A DNA stretch of 64,000 nucleotides from Dehalococcoidia bacterium (GCA_009779255.1 WREQ01000001.1:5190-69189), one strand, 5' to 3'. Counted from the stretch's first letter, positions 35,683-47,610 are shown. Program-made: numbers and translations. Notes: generated from the letters alone by a model not told the origin.

Positions 35683-37641
35683 CTAGCGGACCGTTTTGGT
35701 CGCGGCCGCTTTCAACTCTTCGTAAGCCTGCACGACCTCTTCAACGGATGTCTGGTCGTCGAGTGTGGTAACGTCACCTATTCCGATGCCGGAAGCCACC
35801 GCCTTAAGCACCCGGCGCATGATCTTGCCGGAGCGTGTCTTGGGTAGTTTCTCTACGAAGATGACCTCTTCAGGGGTGGCCACCGCGCCGATAGAAGTAC
35901 GCAGATGTTTGATCAACTCCTTCTTGAGTTCACCGGATGGCTCAACGTCTTTGCGCATGGTGACGAACAATACGATTGCCTCTCCCTTGACATCGTCCGG
36001 CTTGGATGCCACCGCGGCTTCGGCCACCATGGCATGTCCGACCATGGCGTGTTCAAGTTCGGCAGTGCTGATGCGATGTCCGGACACCTTTATGACCTCG
36101 TCGGCGCGACCCAGCAGCCACCAATAGCCATCCTGATCCTTCATGGAATAGTCACCGGCGGCGTAATATCCGGGGAAACGCGACCAATAGGTCTGCTGAT
36201 ATAATTCCGGCGATCCGTACACATCCAGTAGCATACCCGGCCATGGTTTACGTATCGCAATAAAGCCTGTCTTGCCGGGGGCGGATTCATTTCCGTCGGG
36301 GTCAAGCACGACAGGATCAATGCCAGGCATCGGCAGTGTCGCCGATCCTGGTTTGAGCGGGTAGGACTGTATACCGACACACGGGGCGATCATAAAGCCA
36401 CCGGTCTCGGTCTGCCACCACGTATCCACTATCGGACAGTTTTCATATCCTACGTACTTGCAGTACCATTCCCACACTTCGGGGTTGATGGCCTCTCCCA
36501 CCGAACCCAGCACCTGCAGAGTGGACAGGTCCCGATTGGCCAGCCATTCTTCTCCATTGCGCATGAACATGCGAATAGCGGTCGGAGACGTGTAGAATAT
36601 GTTCACGCCATATTTTTCAATAATGCGCCACCAGCGGTCCATAGCAGGGTAATCGGGAGCGCCTTCGTACATAACCGACGTCAGTCCCAGAGCCAGCGGG
36701 GCGTAAACCCCATATGAGTGCCCCGTAATCCAGCCGACATCCGCCGTGCACCACCAGATGGATTCCTCTTTTGGATTGAAGGCCCATTGCATTGTCTTTG
36801 CGGCATAGAGCAGATACCCTCCGGTTCCATGTAGGATGCCTTTTGGTTTGCCCGTGGTGCCGGAAGTGTAGAGAATAAACAGCGGGTCAGTAGCTTCCAT
36901 CGACTCCGGTTTCACATATGAGCACGAGCTGTCCATATAATCCGCAAACCAGACGTCTTTTTCAGGATTAAACGCCGCATCGTGACCGGTGTATTTCACT
37001 ACCGCCACTTTTTCGACTCCAGGAGTCATCTTTACGGCTTCGTCCACGATTTCCTTGAGCTGGAGTATCTTGCCGCGACGGTAGCCGCCGGTTGAAGTAA
37101 TGATAATCTTGCTCTGTGAATCGTTAACACGGTCGGCAATTGCTTGGGCGCTGAACCCTGCGAAAATGACGTTATGAATGGCGCCGATACGGGCGCAAGC
37201 CAACATAACCAGCACCAGTTCGGGAATCATCGGCAGATAAACGGTAACGCGATCTCCCTTGCCCACCCCCAGTTTTTTCAAGGCAGCAGCATACGCGTTG
37301 ACCTCATGATACAGGTCTGCGTAAGAAAGCGTGCGCGTAGCACCTGTCTCGCCCTCCCAATATATGGCCACCTTGTTTTTGCGCCAGCTCTTGAAATGGC
37401 GGTCTACGCACTGCGTAGAAGCATTCAGTCTGCCACCGACAAACCAGCGGGCGTAAGGCGGATTCCAGTCGAGAACCTTTTGCCACGGCTTGTCCCAGTC
37501 AAGCAGGGTGGCCTGCTCTGCCCAGAAAGCCTTCGGTTCCGTCAGTGCTCGCTGGTACATATCCTGGTACCTTTTCAGCGGCCAGAAATAATTTCTGGTT
37601 GGCAGATTGTGCTTGGTAACATCCTTACTCGCAAATGCCAT
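35683..37641 (-). CDS. acs: acetyl-CoA synthetase (AMP-forming)
   Basis: 652 aa with the YTSGTTGKPKG AMP-binding motif. Full-length Acs similarity. Confidence 0.95.
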   Translation of the reverse strand: MAFASKDVTKHNLPTRNYFWPLKRYQDMYQRALTEPKAFWAEQATLLDWDKPWQKVLDWNPPYARWFVGGRLNASTQCVDRHFKSWRKNKVAIYWEGETGATRTLSYADLYHEVNAYAAALKKLGVGKGDRVTVYLPMIPELVLVMLACARIGAIHNVIFAGFSAQAIADRVNDSQSKIIITSTGGYRRGKILQLKEIVDEAVKMTPGVEKVAVVKYTGHDAAFNPEKDVWFADYMDSSCSYVKPESMEATDPLFILYTSGTTGKPKGILHGTGGYLLYAAKTMQWAFNPKEESIWWCTADVGWITGHSYGVYAPLALGLTSVMYEGAPDYPAMDRWWRIIEKYGVNIFYTSPTAIRMFMRNGEEWLANRDLSTLQVLGSVGEAINPEVWEWYCKYVGYENCPIVDTWWQTETGGFMIAPCVGIQSYPLKPGSATLPMPGIDPVVLDPDGNESAPGKTGFIAIRKPWPGMLLDVYGSPELYQQTYWSRFPGYYAAGDYSMKDQDGYWWLLGRADEVIKVSGHRISTAELEHAMVGHAMVAEAAVASKPDDVKGEAIVLFVTMRKDVEPSGELKKELIKHLRTSIGAVATPEEVIFVEKLPKTRSGKIMRRVLKAVASGIGIGDVTTLDDQTSVEEVVQAYEELKAAATKTVR

Positions 37642-37670
37642 TTGTGTCTCCTTCTGTTCTAAAAATTTAG

Positions 37671-38744
37671 CTAACCGATACCGGTGCCAGGTTCAATACT
37701 CTCACCGGCATAAATCGCAAAATCGTGATTAACACGCACATGGTCGCCAAGCACCGCTCCCTCAACACGGCTGCCGGCCTCCAAGCGGCAACCGTTGGCT
37801 ATAATGCTTGCCGATACACGGCAACTATCACCTATAGCAACTCCGTCCCATACGATAGCCGAACTGACAACCGCGTCACCGGCAATCCGGCAATTCGCGC
37901 CGATAACGGCAGGCCCCTCGACAAGCACTCTTTCGCCAATATCGCAGCCACGACCGATCAATACTGGCCCCCTGATTACCGCGGTGGCGGCAATATTGCT
38001 GCCTTCGCCTGTGATGACTTCATCGCCGCAACCGCCGCTCCTGCCTGTCAGCAGATCGAAATTAAGCTGACGGTATTTCGCGGGGCTACCGATATCTATC
38101 CAGTATCCGGCGGAAGGAAAGGCGAATACCGCTTTGTCACCGGCCAGCATTTCAGGGAAAAGCTGGCGTTCGAAGCTGTATTCCATGGCGGAGGGTATCA
38201 GATCAAGAACTTCAGGCTCCATAACATAGGTGCCGGCGTTAATCATATTGGTGGTTATTTCATTCCACCCCGGTTTTTCCAAGAACCTTTTCACGCGGCC
38301 TTCTGGGGTGGTTTCAACAAGTCCGTACTGGGTGGGATCTTCCACGGGGGTAAGCGCGATAGTGACAGAGGCCTGTCTATGACGGTGGAAATCAAGCATG
38401 GCGGTATAATCCAGGTCGGTAAAGATGTCGCCGTTCAGAACAAAGAAGGTTCCCTTGATTAACTCCGCCGCATTCTTTACCGCTCCCGCCGTCCCCTGCG
38501 CCGTTTTTTCATGAGCATAGCTGATCTTCATCCCCAGATAAGAGCCGTCACCGAGGCATCTCTCAACCTCGTCCGCCAAGTTGCTGATGGCAAGCACGAC
38601 TTCACCAACGCCATGCGACTTGAGCCGCAATAGGGCATGCTCAAGGAACGGCCTGTTCAGAACAGGCACCAGAGCTTTTGGTGTATGCCAGGTGAGCGGC
38701 CTTAGCCGCGTTCCCAGCCCTCCCACTAAAATAACCGCTTGCAT
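37671..38744 (-). CDS. NDP-sugar pyrophosphorylase with a C-terminal left-handed beta-helix (mannose-1-P guanylyltransferase-like)
   Basis: N-terminal VILVGGLGTRLRPLT nucleotidyltransferase motif plus hexapeptide repeats at the C-terminus. Confidence 0.85.
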   Translation of the reverse strand: MQAVILVGGLGTRLRPLTWHTPKALVPVLNRPFLEHALLRLKSHGVGEVVLAISNLADEVERCLGDGSYLGMKISYAHEKTAQGTAGAVKNAAELIKGTFFVLNGDIFTDLDYTAMLDFHRHRQASVTIALTPVEDPTQYGLVETTPEGRVKRFLEKPGWNEITTNMINAGTYVMEPEVLDLIPSAMEYSFERQLFPEMLAGDKAVFAFPSAGYWIDIGSPAKYRQLNFDLLTGRSGGCGDEVITGEGSNIAATAVIRGPVLIGRGCDIGERVLVEGPAVIGANCRIAGDAVVSSAIVWDGVAIGDSCRVSASIIANGCRLEAGSRVEGAVLGDHVRVNHDFAIYAGESIEPGTGIG

Positions 38745-38905
38745 ATTTTAAAAATTAGCCTCCGCCTGAGTATCGGGAGGGGAGCTGAAAAGAACGTATA
38801 TGATAGCAGGTATGTCGGAGAATTTAAAGTCAGCGCAATATTTCCGTAGAAATCCGATAGCCCGCGTACTCCCCGATTGATTGGTGACGCGTGGATGAAA
38901 GTTGG

Positions 38906-38972
38906 CAGTTATGAGTTTTGAGTTATCATTCCTGTTCGCCTGAGCGGACCGGAATCAAGAGTGCAGAATGAC
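38906..38972 (-). repeat. composite intergenic repeat (inverted copy): GTCATTCTG...CAGGAATGA palindromic unit plus heptamers TAACTCA AAACTCA TAACTG
   Basis: The reverse complement reads GTCATTCTGCACTCTTGATTCCGGTCCGCTCAGGCGAACAGGAATGATAACTCAAAACTCATAACTG. This matches the 15229..15284 architecture. Confidence 0.6.
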
Positions 38973-39242
38973 ATTGATGGGGAAAGTTTTGAACTATAGA
39001 GTTGTGAGGGAGGAACTTGGTGCAGACCGGACGCATCGGTTACAGCGAGATATAAGCGAATGGGTGGACTGAAAGCCAACCACTGAAAGCTGTTCGGATT
39101 GCGCGCAAAGCGGTTTAACCTTATAATAACTCTTAACCGAACACAGAACACTTGCCTGACACTCACAAGAAAGCAGGTTTTAGCCTTGTTTAAAACTTTA
39201 TTTAAGAGAAAGAATTCCAGCGCCAAATCCTCCGGCCGCAAG

Positions 39243-40463
39243 ATGAACAGCTGGCAGAAACAGGCGCTACGGCAGCGCATCATCGCTATCGTAGGAGGAG
39301 TCACCATACTGGCGGTTGTCACGATGCTGATCTCCGGTTGGTTTTTCGGGCAATACCTGCCGGTAGACCGCCACAAACGCGTTACCGTCATTGAGGTGAG
39401 CGGGCAAAAATTCAACATGGGATACTATATCGACGCCCTGAGGGGCTATAACCAGCTTTATTTAGAAGGTAATTCGCAGTTACTTCCATATATTCTGGAT
39501 ATGACGGTGCAAAACATCCAGCAGTTTGTACTGGTGCGGGATGGTGCCGCCAAGCTGGGCATCAAAGTCAGCAACGCCGAAATCGACAAACTTAGGAGAG
39601 CGTACTTTCTGCCGCGCAGTCAGGCGGTCAGGGACATCCTAGAAATGGCATTGCTGAGTGAAAAGCTGCAGGACGAGCATTTCGGGCCGCAGGTTCCCGA
39701 TTCCGGAGACACTCGCGATGTCATCGCCATATTCCTTGAAAGCCAGCGGCAACTGGAAAGCATAAAAGCCCAGCTGAATGCCGGCGCCGACTTCGCCGAA
39801 CTGGCGGCCTTATTTTCACTGGACAGCACCACCAGCGGAAACGGCGGCGCGCTCGGGCTGCATGCCAACGGCGTTTTTGACTACCAACTGGGCACAGCCG
39901 GGTTTGATGACGCAATCTTTGAACTTGAACCTGGGGTGTGGGGTACGTTCGATGACGCAGACCGTAGCAAGCAGGGCGGCTACTGGCTAATAAAGATTAT
40001 CGAGCGCAACGAGGACAACTCGCTGGCACACGTATCCGGCATCCTTCTCGGTAGCATCGAAGAAGCCGAAGAGATAAAGGCACGCCTAGACGCCGGAGAA
40101 GACTTCGACACACTGGCGAAGGAGTATTCCCAAAAGCTGAATGATATGTCCGGGGCAGACCTCGGCTGGGTATCGGCTGCCGACAGCGACGTTTTCAAGG
40201 ATTTCGCAATGGATACATCCAACCCTGTAGGCACCGTCAGCTCTCCCATCAAAGACGCCTCTCAAACCACCACTGGCGGCGTATGGCTGTTCAAGGTGTT
40301 GAGCAGCGAAATCGCAGACACCACGGAAGAAGACAGGGATTACCTGATCGGCAAGTTTTTCAACGACTGGATGAGTGAGCTGCAAGAAGCAGCCGCGGAT
40401 ACAATGATTAACCACTTGGACACAGAAAAGAGAGCATTTGCAGTAGCACAGGCCAGCAGGTAG
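39243..40463 (+). CDS. membrane-anchored PpiC/parvulin-type peptidyl-prolyl isomerase (PrsA/SurA-like)
   Basis: N-terminal TM anchor (IIAIVGGVTILAVVTMLISGWFF) and two parvulin-like regions (GGALGL..., GADLGWVS). The start is uncertain (ATG 39243 or an upstream TTG). Confidence 0.8.
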   Translation: MNSWQKQALRQRIIAIVGGVTILAVVTMLISGWFFGQYLPVDRHKRVTVIEVSGQKFNMGYYIDALRGYNQLYLEGNSQLLPYILDMTVQNIQQFVLVRDGAAKLGIKVSNAEIDKLRRAYFLPRSQAVRDILEMALLSEKLQDEHFGPQVPDSGDTRDVIAIFLESQRQLESIKAQLNAGADFAELAALFSLDSTTSGNGGALGLHANGVFDYQLGTAGFDDAIFELEPGVWGTFDDADRSKQGGYWLIKIIERNEDNSLAHVSGILLGSIEEAEEIKARLDAGEDFDTLAKEYSQKLNDMSGADLGWVSAADSDVFKDFAMDTSNPVGTVSSPIKDASQTTTGGVWLFKVLSSEIADTTEEDRDYLIGKFFNDWMSELQEAAADTMINHLDTEKRAFAVAQASR

Positions 40464-40469
40464 CCGCAT

Positions 40470-41765
40470 ATGGAAAACAGAACTGTCGGCATAGGCCTCA
40501 TGGGGCTGGGAGTCATCGGCGGGCAGGTGGCACGTGTTCTGACCGAAAGGGCCAATCTGCTCTCCGAAAGAATCGGATGCCCAGTTGTGCTGCGAAAAAT
40601 AAAGGTCATACCGGTTGACTTGGAAAAGCCGCAGGCGCAGGCCATGGATGACTCCCTGTTTACCACCGATGAGGAAGAGTTTTTCAATACCCCCGGCATC
40701 GACATTGTCATTGAACTTATCGGCGGGGAGCATCCCGCTTTCGAGTATCAGAAACGCGCGCTGAAGACCGGCAGGCATGTAATAACCGCCAACAAGGAGG
40801 TCATCGCCAAACATGGCGCGGAGCTGCTGTCGCTGGCGGCGCAGAACGGCGTAAATCTGCGATACGAAGCCTCGGTTGGCGGCGGCATACCGCTGATTGC
40901 TCCTTTCCAGCGCGATCTGATAGCCAACCGCGTAAGCGGCATCTATGCTATCATCAACGGCACTACCAATTTCATTCTCAGCACTATGGCCAGGGATGGC
41001 ACCGAGTTTGCCACAGCGCTGGCGCAGGCACAGAAACTGGGATATGCTGAATCCAACCCGCGCAACGACCTTGATGGCATTGACGCCGCTTACAAGATTG
41101 CCATACTGGCGACACTGGCCTTCCGCAGCCGAGTGCACCCAGAACAGGTATACCACGACGGCATCTCGAAACTGACACGGCGCGATTTTCAGTATGCCAG
41201 GGAACTCGGTTTTGCCATAAAACTGCTGGCCATCGCCAAACAGACCGATGCTGAAATCGAAGTGCGAGTGCACCCAGCTTTCGTTCCCGCTGACAGCTTT
41301 CTGGCCAAAGTGGATGGTGTTTACAACGCTGTGCTGGTGGACGCCGATCTTACCGGACAGGTGACCTTCACCGGCAAGGGCGCCGGTGCCCTGCCGACTT
41401 CTTCTGCCGTAGCCGCAGACGTCGTAACCGTAGCACGCCAGATGCTTTCAGGACAATCGGCAACAGCCTGGCAGACGGATGAAAAAAAGGGCATAAAGCC
41501 CATGGCGCAAATTGTAACCAAATATTTCATCCGCATTGGTGTTGAAGACCGCCCGGGAGTGATGGCGCAAATTGCCCACACGCTGGGAGCTCATGATATC
41601 AGCATCGCATCACTTATTCAGAAGAAAAGCGAGCCTGGCCGAACCGTCGAAATTGTCATCATGACCCATGCCGCCAGAGAGGCCGCCGTGCAGGCAGCCT
41701 TCAGCGACTTCAGGAAAATGTCCGTCGTAAAAGAGGCTCATAACTTCATACGCGTAGAGGATTAA
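40470..41765 (+). CDS. hom: homoserine dehydrogenase with a C-terminal ACT domain
   Basis: 431 aa with GLMGLGVIGG Rossmann fold, NKEVIA and a full-length match. Confidence 0.93.
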   Translation: MENRTVGIGLMGLGVIGGQVARVLTERANLLSERIGCPVVLRKIKVIPVDLEKPQAQAMDDSLFTTDEEEFFNTPGIDIVIELIGGEHPAFEYQKRALKTGRHVITANKEVIAKHGAELLSLAAQNGVNLRYEASVGGGIPLIAPFQRDLIANRVSGIYAIINGTTNFILSTMARDGTEFATALAQAQKLGYAESNPRNDLDGIDAAYKIAILATLAFRSRVHPEQVYHDGISKLTRRDFQYARELGFAIKLLAIAKQTDAEIEVRVHPAFVPADSFLAKVDGVYNAVLVDADLTGQVTFTGKGAGALPTSSAVAADVVTVARQMLSGQSATAWQTDEKKGIKPMAQIVTKYFIRIGVEDRPGVMAQIAHTLGAHDISIASLIQKKSEPGRTVEIVIMTHAAREAAVQAAFSDFRKMSVVKEAHNFIRVED

Positions 41766-42821
41766 ATGGCAAAACAGGGACTGCTGTTCAAGTACAAAGA
41801 ATATCTGCCGGTAACTTCCCAAACACCCTTGTTCACACTGGGGGAGGGCGACACCCCACTGGTGCGCGCACCGGCGTTAGAAAAGTTGACTGGTTGCGCC
41901 GAACTTTATTTCAAACTGGAAGGGTGCAATCCCACAGGCTCATTTAAGGACCGCGGCATGATAATGGCCATCGCCAAGGCTAAAGAAGAAGGCAGTCAGG
42001 CGGTCATGTGCGCCTCCACCGGCAACACTTCCGCTTCTGCCGCTGCCTATGCCGCCAGCCAAGGGATGCAAACCATCATTCTCATTCCCGACGGCAAGAT
42101 TGCGTTAGGTAAACTGGCGCAGGCCATAATGCACGGAGCCAAAATCGTCGCGATACAAGGCAACTTTGATCAGGCGCTGAACATGGTGCGCGAACTTACC
42201 TCCAAACACCCGGTAACGCTGGTCAATTCCCTCAATCCCTATCGTATCGAGGGACAGAAAACCGGCGCTTTTGAGATTATAGAATCGCTCGGGGATGCGC
42301 CGGATTTCCTTTTTATCCCAGTGGGAAATGCCGGCAATATCACCGCCTACTGGAAGGGGTTCACGGAGTATCACAAGCTGGGCAAGGCGTCAAGACGCCC
42401 CAGGATGATGGGTTTTCAGGCCGCCGGCGCCGCCCCTATCGTGCTGGGACATCCCATCGAGAAGCCCGAGACGCTGGCCACCGCCATCCGCATCGGCAAC
42501 CCCGCCTCATGGCAGAAGGCCGCGGTCGCGCGTGACGAATCAGGCGGCTTGATTGACATGGTTACCGATGATGAAATCCTGACCGCCTATCACCTGCTGG
42601 CTGAAAAAGCGGGGCTATTCGGCGAGCCGGCTTCCGCCGCCCCACTTGCCGGACTGTTGAAGCTCTTACGGGAGGGGTATGATTTGTCAAGCGCTAAAGT
42701 GGTGTGCATCGTTACCGGCAACGGACTCAAAGACCCCGACACCGCCATCAAAAACGCCCCAGATATTCTGAAGCTGCCGTCCGACATGGTTGCCATCGAA
42801 AAAGCGCTGGGCTGGAGTTAA
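41766..42821 (+). CDS. thrC: threonine synthase
   Basis: 351 aa with PLP lysine motif [11 protein letters not shown]. Lies directly after hom. Confidence 0.94.
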   Translation: MAKQGLLFKYKEYLPVTSQTPLFTLGEGDTPLVRAPALEKLTGCAELYFKLEGCNPTGSFKDRGMIMAIAKAKEEGSQAVMCASTGNTSASAAAYAASQGMQTIILIPDGKIALGKLAQAIMHGAKIVAIQGNFDQALNMVRELTSKHPVTLVNSLNPYRIEGQKTGAFEIIESLGDAPDFLFIPVGNAGNITAYWKGFTEYHKLGKASRRPRMMGFQAAGAAPIVLGHPIEKPETLATAIRIGNPASWQKAAVARDESGGLIDMVTDDEILTAYHLLAEKAGLFGEPASAAPLAGLLKLLREGYDLSSAKVVCIVTGNGLKDPDTAIKNAPDILKLPSDMVAIEKALGWS

Positions 42822-42832
42822 GGTAAACGTAC

Positions 42833-43399
42833 ATGAACGAAAAAGCTATCCGCGAAGCCGTTAGCAAGATGATTGTCGCCATCGGCGAGGACCCGGGACG
42901 TGAGGGACTGATAGACACTCCGCGCCGCGTCGCCGAAATGTACAGTGAACTGTTTTCCGGCATGCATCAGGATCCCCTTGAGGAATTGAAAGTCGGCTAT
43001 GAACTGGGGCACCGTGAACTGATCATCCTCAAGGACATTCCTTTTTATTCCATGTGCGAGCATCACCTGCTGCCGTTCTACGGAGTGGCGCATATCGGCT
43101 ACGTACCCAATATTGAGGGGCGTGTGGTAGGCATCAGCAAGCTGGCACGGGTAGTTGAGTGTATTTCGCGCCGCCCCCAAATACAGGAGCGCTTGGCCAC
43201 ACAGATCGCCGATGCCATCAACGATGGATTGAACCCTGACGGGGTAGCGGTGGTTATTCAGGCGGAACACATGTGCATGGTGATGCGAGGCATCAAGAAA
43301 CCGGGTTCAAGCGTGATAACATCGGCGCTCAGAGGCGCTTTCCGCAAACGTGCCACTATCAGAGCGGAATTTTTCTCCCTGATTCAGGAGAGGAAGTAA
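42833..43399 (+). CDS. folE: GTP cyclohydrolase I
   Basis: 188 aa with CEHHLLPF and QERLT motifs. Confidence 0.95.
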   Translation: MNEKAIREAVSKMIVAIGEDPGREGLIDTPRRVAEMYSELFSGMHQDPLEELKVGYELGHRELIILKDIPFYSMCEHHLLPFYGVAHIGYVPNIEGRVVGISKLARVVECISRRPQIQERLATQIADAINDGLNPDGVAVVIQAEHMCMVMRGIKKPGSSVITSALRGAFRKRATIRAEFFSLIQERK

Positions 43400-43403
43400 C
43401 CCT

Positions 43404-44192
43404 TTACCGGAGTTCGTCCCAAACCACCTCATCCATATCGAACACCGGGCCATCATTGCATACCTGCCTGAGTCCAGACTTCGTTTTTATGCCACAGCCA
43501 TAGCATACGCCCAGCCCGCACGCCATGCGCGTCTCCAGCGAAACCTGCACCGGTATCCCCGCCAGATCATGTTTTGCCAGTCCCCGATACATCGGCAGAG
43601 GACCACAGGCGAATATTTGTCCGACATCACCGATAAATTCGGGAATGCATTGGGTCACCAATCCCTGCCTTCCATAGCTGCCATCATCGGTATATTCCAG
43701 CAGCCGAGCTACCCCGGGAAGCAGTGCTTTATCGTAGCGCGCCGCGCCAGCGGTGCCATAGGCAAGATTGACACTTAACCCGCTTGCCTGTGCCTCCTCG
43801 GCCAGGAAAACCAACGGCGCAATACCCAACCCCCCTGCCACCAGCAGAACCGATTTCGAGCAACTGTCGATGGTAAATCCATTGCCAAGCGGGCCGAGTA
43901 TATCAACAGTGTCCCCAGCCCTGATTTCGGACAGCCATTCCGTTCCCTTGCCGACAACGGCAAACAGGAACGATACTTTTGTTCTGTCACCGCTGACGCG
44001 GTGAATGCCCAGAGGACGCCTGAGAAAGGCTCCGCCGCCGCATTTCAGCATGGCGAACTGCCCCGGACGAGCCTTTGCCGCTATCTGTGGCGACTCCAGT
44101 TCCACAAGATAAATTCCTTCGGCGACATGAGTACTGCATGTAACCGTGGCCTGTATCTGTATCGGGCTGACTATATTTGACATAATTATCAA
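43404..44192 (-). CDS. pyrK: dihydroorotate dehydrogenase electron-transfer subunit
   Basis: 262 aa with an FNR-like fold and a C-terminal 2Fe-2S Cys cluster (CGLGVCYGC). Overlaps the carB stop by 4 nt. Confidence 0.9.
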   Translation of the reverse strand: MIIMSNIVSPIQIQATVTCSTHVAEGIYLVELESPQIAAKARPGQFAMLKCGGGAFLRRPLGIHRVSGDRTKVSFLFAVVGKGTEWLSEIRAGDTVDILGPLGNGFTIDSCSKSVLLVAGGLGIAPLVFLAEEAQASGLSVNLAYGTAGAARYDKALLPGVARLLEYTDDGSYGRQGLVTQCIPEFIGDVGQIFACGPLPMYRGLAKHDLAGIPVQVSLETRMACGLGVCYGCGIKTKSGLRQVCNDGPVFDMDEVVWDELR

Positions 44193-47100
44193 GCCATGCT
44201 TTCGTCTTTGCGATATTCCGCCAGCGTCTTGACGCTGAAAGACTGACTGCCGTCTGCCAGTACATCAGCCAGCGCCGCAGCGGTATCAAGTGAGGTGAAG
44301 CATGGCACCCGTTTTTCAGCAGCCGCACGGCGGATCTCGAATCCGTCTCGCAGTGCCGCCCTAACGCCAGTAACCGTATTCAGCACCCCGTCCACGGTGC
44401 CGTCACGAATCACATCCAGCACATTGGGATGACCTTCCGCCAATTTTTTGGTGATAACCTTGACCGGCATGCCCGCGGCTTCTATCATGGCCGCAGTGCC
44501 TTCGGTGGCAAAAAAGCTGTATCCCCGCGCGTACAGCCGGCGGATGACAGGCAAGGCTTCCGGCTTGTCGCGGTCGGCGATTGAAAGCAGCAGCTTGCCC
44601 TTGTGCGGAAGCATCATTCCCGCCGCCGCCAGAGCCTTTCCCAATGCCGCTTCAAAATTATGGTCAAGCCCCATCACCTCCCCGGTGGACTTCATCTCCG
44701 GACCGAGATAGGTATCCACTCCTGTCAGTTTGGACATCGAAAACACCGGCGCCTTGATGGCCACCAAGTCCCGCGCCGGATACAGTCCGCTGACATACCC
44801 ATGCTCCTTGAGGCTACGGCCCAGCATGACGCCGACCGCCAGATCCACCATCGGCACCCCTGTCACCTTGGAGATGAACGGGATGGTGCGCGAGGACCGC
44901 TGGTTGACTTCAAGAACATAAATTTTGGACTCGCCGTCCTGTTTTACCACCACGAACTGGACGTTCATCAACCCCTTGACGCCCAATCCGATGCCAATGC
45001 GCACTGAGTAGTCAACGATCGCCGCGATTTCAGCCTGCGACAGATTTTGCGGCGGATAAACCGCCATACTATCACCGGAATGCACACCGGCGCGCTCAAT
45101 ATGCTCCATGATGCCGGGAATAAACACCGTCTCGCCGTCGGCGACGGCGTCAACTTCACACTCTTTACCTTGGAGATATTTGTCAATCAGAATACGACGG
45201 CCGGTATCCAGTTCTACGGCGGTTTTCATATAGCGCGCCAGTTCACTCTCGTCATGCACAACCTCCATGGCGCGCCCGCCCAGCACGTAACTGGGACGCA
45301 CCACCAGCGGGTAGCCGATGAGTTTAGACACGTTCAGAGCTTCATCGATGCTGGAAACAGCGGCACATGGTGCCTGTGGAATACCCAGCCCTGCCAAGAA
45401 CGCCTCAAAACGGCCGCGGTCTTCAGTCATATCAATGGTTTCGGAACTGGAACCGATAATGGGCATACCGGCTCGGTGAAGCGGCTCGGCAAGATTGATA
45501 GCCGTCTGGCCCCCAAACTGTACGATAGAGCAGGGAATTTCGCCGTCTTCGCCCGCAGCCTCATTCTCCAGAATATCGCGGATGCTCTCCTGGTCGAGAG
45601 CCTCGAAGTACAGACGGGTGGAGGTATCGAAGTCAGTCGAAACCGTCTCCGGGTTGGAATTGGCCATGACGGACTGATACCCTGCCTTCTGCAGCGCCCA
45701 TGACGCATGTACCGAACAGTAATCAAACTCAATCCCCTGCGCGATGCGGATAGGACCGGAGCCAATGACAAGGGCTTTTTTGCCAAGGGATGTAACCGTT
45801 TCGTTTTCCGCTTCGTATGTCGAGTAAAAATAGGATGTGGCGGCGTCAAACTCGGCGGCGCAGGTATCTACCATCTTGTATACCGGCCGGATGCCCCACT
45901 CGCGACGCATTTGGCGCACCTGCTCCGGCAGGCGGTCAGCCAGGGTTCCCAGCATCACATCCGAGAATCCTATGCGCTTGGCAGACAACATTAACTCCGA
46001 ACTGAGCGGTTCGGACAGCAGTCGCTTTTCCATGTTCACGATGTTACGCATCTTGTTCAGGAACCACAGGTCTATTTTCGTTTTTTGGGCAATGGATTCA
46101 GGGCTGGCACCGCGCCGGAGTGCCGCCATGATGGACCACAGCCTGAGATCGGTCGGCTCCATGGGGAAATCGGGGGGACTGCTCTCTGTCCATTTCGGGT
46201 CTTCCCATAGCAACGTCTTTTTGCCGAATTCCAATGAACGCACCGCCTTACCCAACGCCGCCTCAAACGAACGATCAATGGCCATCACCTCTCCGGTGGC
46301 CTTCATTTGGGTGCCCAGCAACCGGTCGCCAGAAGCGAATTTATCGAACGGCCAACGCGGTATCTTGACCACCAGATAATCCAGTGCCGGCTCGAAGGAA
46401 GCCCGTGTCTTGCCGGTAACGGCGTTAGTGATCTCATCCAGCCGCCTGCCAATGGCAATCTTGGCCGCCACCCGCGCTATAGGATACCCGGTCGCCTTGC
46501 TGGCGAGGGCGGAGGAGCGGCTGAGGCGCGGATTTACCTCAATCACCACATATTCGTTGCTTTGCGGATTAAGGGCAAACTGGATATTGCAGCCGCCCTC
46601 TATTTTCAATGCGCGGATAATCTTGAAAGAGGCCGTGCGCAGCATTTGGCATTCCTTATTGGTAAGGGTCTGGCTAGGCGCCACCACGATGCTATCGCCA
46701 GTGTGGACGCCCACAGGATCGATATTCTCCATGTTGCAGATGGCGATGCAGGTATCGGCCGCGTCGCGCATTGCCTCATACTCAATTTCCTTCCATCCAG
46801 CCACTGAGCGCTCGATCAGAACCTGATGCGTGGGGGAAGCCATCAGGCCGCCCGAGGCTATGCTGTCCAGCTCCTCCCAGGTGTGCGCCATGCCGCCGCC
46901 GGTGCCACCGAGAGTAAACGATGGGCGCACTACCACTGGCAGACCGATTTCACGCGCGACACTGCGGGCGTCTTCAATGGTGTTGACCGTTGCAGAAGGC
47001 GGCACATGCTCACCAATACTGATCAACAAGTTCTTGAACAACTCCCGATCTTCGGCGGTACGAATGGTTTCAATCGAGGTGCCGAGCACCTTGACGTTGT

Positions 47101-47425
47101 ATTTCTCTAACACACCGGCATCCGCCAGCGCGACAGCCAGGTTTAACCCTGTTTGGCCGCCCAGCGTGGGAATCAGTCCGTCCGGGCGCTCCTTCTCGAT
47201 AATGCGAGTGAGCATCTCGACGGTCAGTGGCTCGACATACACCTTATCGGCAATATCTTCGTCCGTCATGATGGTGGCGGGATTGGAGTTCACCAGCACG
47301 GAGATTACACCCTCTTCACGCATGGCTTTGCAAGCCTGCGTGCCAGCATAATCGAACTCGGCCGCCTGCCCGATGATGATGGGGCCGGAACCGATGATGA
47401 GTACTTTTTCAGGTTTATTAATCAA
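44189..47425 (-). CDS. carB: carbamoyl-phosphate synthase large subunit
   Basis: 1078 aa with duplicated ATP-grasp halves. TTG start follows an AAGGAG SD. Confidence 0.96.
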   Translation of the reverse strand: MINKPEKVLIIGSGPIIIGQAAEFDYAGTQACKAMREEGVISVLVNSNPATIMTDEDIADKVYVEPLTVEMLTRIIEKERPDGLIPTLGGQTGLNLAVALADAGVLEKYNVKVLGTSIETIRTAEDRELFKNLLISIGEHVPPSATVNTIEDARSVAREIGLPVVVRPSFTLGGTGGGMAHTWEELDSIASGGLMASPTHQVLIERSVAGWKEIEYEAMRDAADTCIAICNMENIDPVGVHTGDSIVVAPSQTLTNKECQMLRTASFKIIRALKIEGGCNIQFALNPQSNEYVVIEVNPRLSRSSALASKATGYPIARVAAKIAIGRRLDEITNAVTGKTRASFEPALDYLVVKIPRWPFDKFASGDRLLGTQMKATGEVMAIDRSFEAALGKAVRSLEFGKKTLLWEDPKWTESSPPDFPMEPTDLRLWSIMAALRRGASPESIAQKTKIDLWFLNKMRNIVNMEKRLLSEPLSSELMLSAKRIGFSDVMLGTLADRLPEQVRQMRREWGIRPVYKMVDTCAAEFDAATSYFYSTYEAENETVTSLGKKALVIGSGPIRIAQGIEFDYCSVHASWALQKAGYQSVMANSNPETVSTDFDTSTRLYFEALDQESIRDILENEAAGEDGEIPCSIVQFGGQTAINLAEPLHRAGMPIIGSSSETIDMTEDRGRFEAFLAGLGIPQAPCAAVSSIDEALNVSKLIGYPLVVRPSYVLGGRAMEVVHDESELARYMKTAVELDTGRRILIDKYLQGKECEVDAVADGETVFIPGIMEHIERAGVHSGDSMAVYPPQNLSQAEIAAIVDYSVRIGIGLGVKGLMNVQFVVVKQDGESKIYVLEVNQRSSRTIPFISKVTGVPMVDLAVGVMLGRSLKEHGYVSGLYPARDLVAIKAPVFSMSKLTGVDTYLGPEMKSTGEVMGLDHNFEAALGKALAAAGMMLPHKGKLLLSIADRDKPEALPVIRRLYARGYSFFATEGTAAMIEAAGMPVKVITKKLAEGHPNVLDVIRDGTVDGVLNTVTGVRAALRDGFEIRRAAAEKRVPCFTSLDTAAALADVLADGSQSFSVKTLAEYRKDESMA

Positions 47426-47468
47426 CTACTTTTTCTCCTTATCCACTATGCGCATGAATTTTCCCTCC

Positions 47469-47601
47469 GTCATTGCGAGCGTCCTGCCGTAGCGAGATCG
47501 AAGCAATCCACCTCATCTCCACAAGTAAAACAGTAACATCCTCAAAACCCCTCCATCACTTCATAGAGATTGCTTCGGTTGATACGCAATATCGCAATGA
47601 C
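47469..47601. repeat. nested inverted repeats: two facing copies of a GTCATTGCGA...CGAAGCAATC palindromic unit in the carA-carB spacer
   Basis: GTCATTGCGA (47469-47478) pairs with TCGCAATGAC (47592-47601). CGAAGCAATC (47509-47518) pairs with GATTGCTTCG (47568-47577). Each unit is also self-complementary (ATTGC/GCAAT). Confidence 0.75.
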
Positions 47602-47610
47602 AATGTCGGT

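Noticed and set aside
40086-41273. 395-aa minus-strand ORF
   Set aside because: It is antisense to the homoserine dehydrogenase gene and the end of the PpiC-type isomerase gene. The sequence is low-complexity with no recognisable motifs, which is typical of shadow ORFs.
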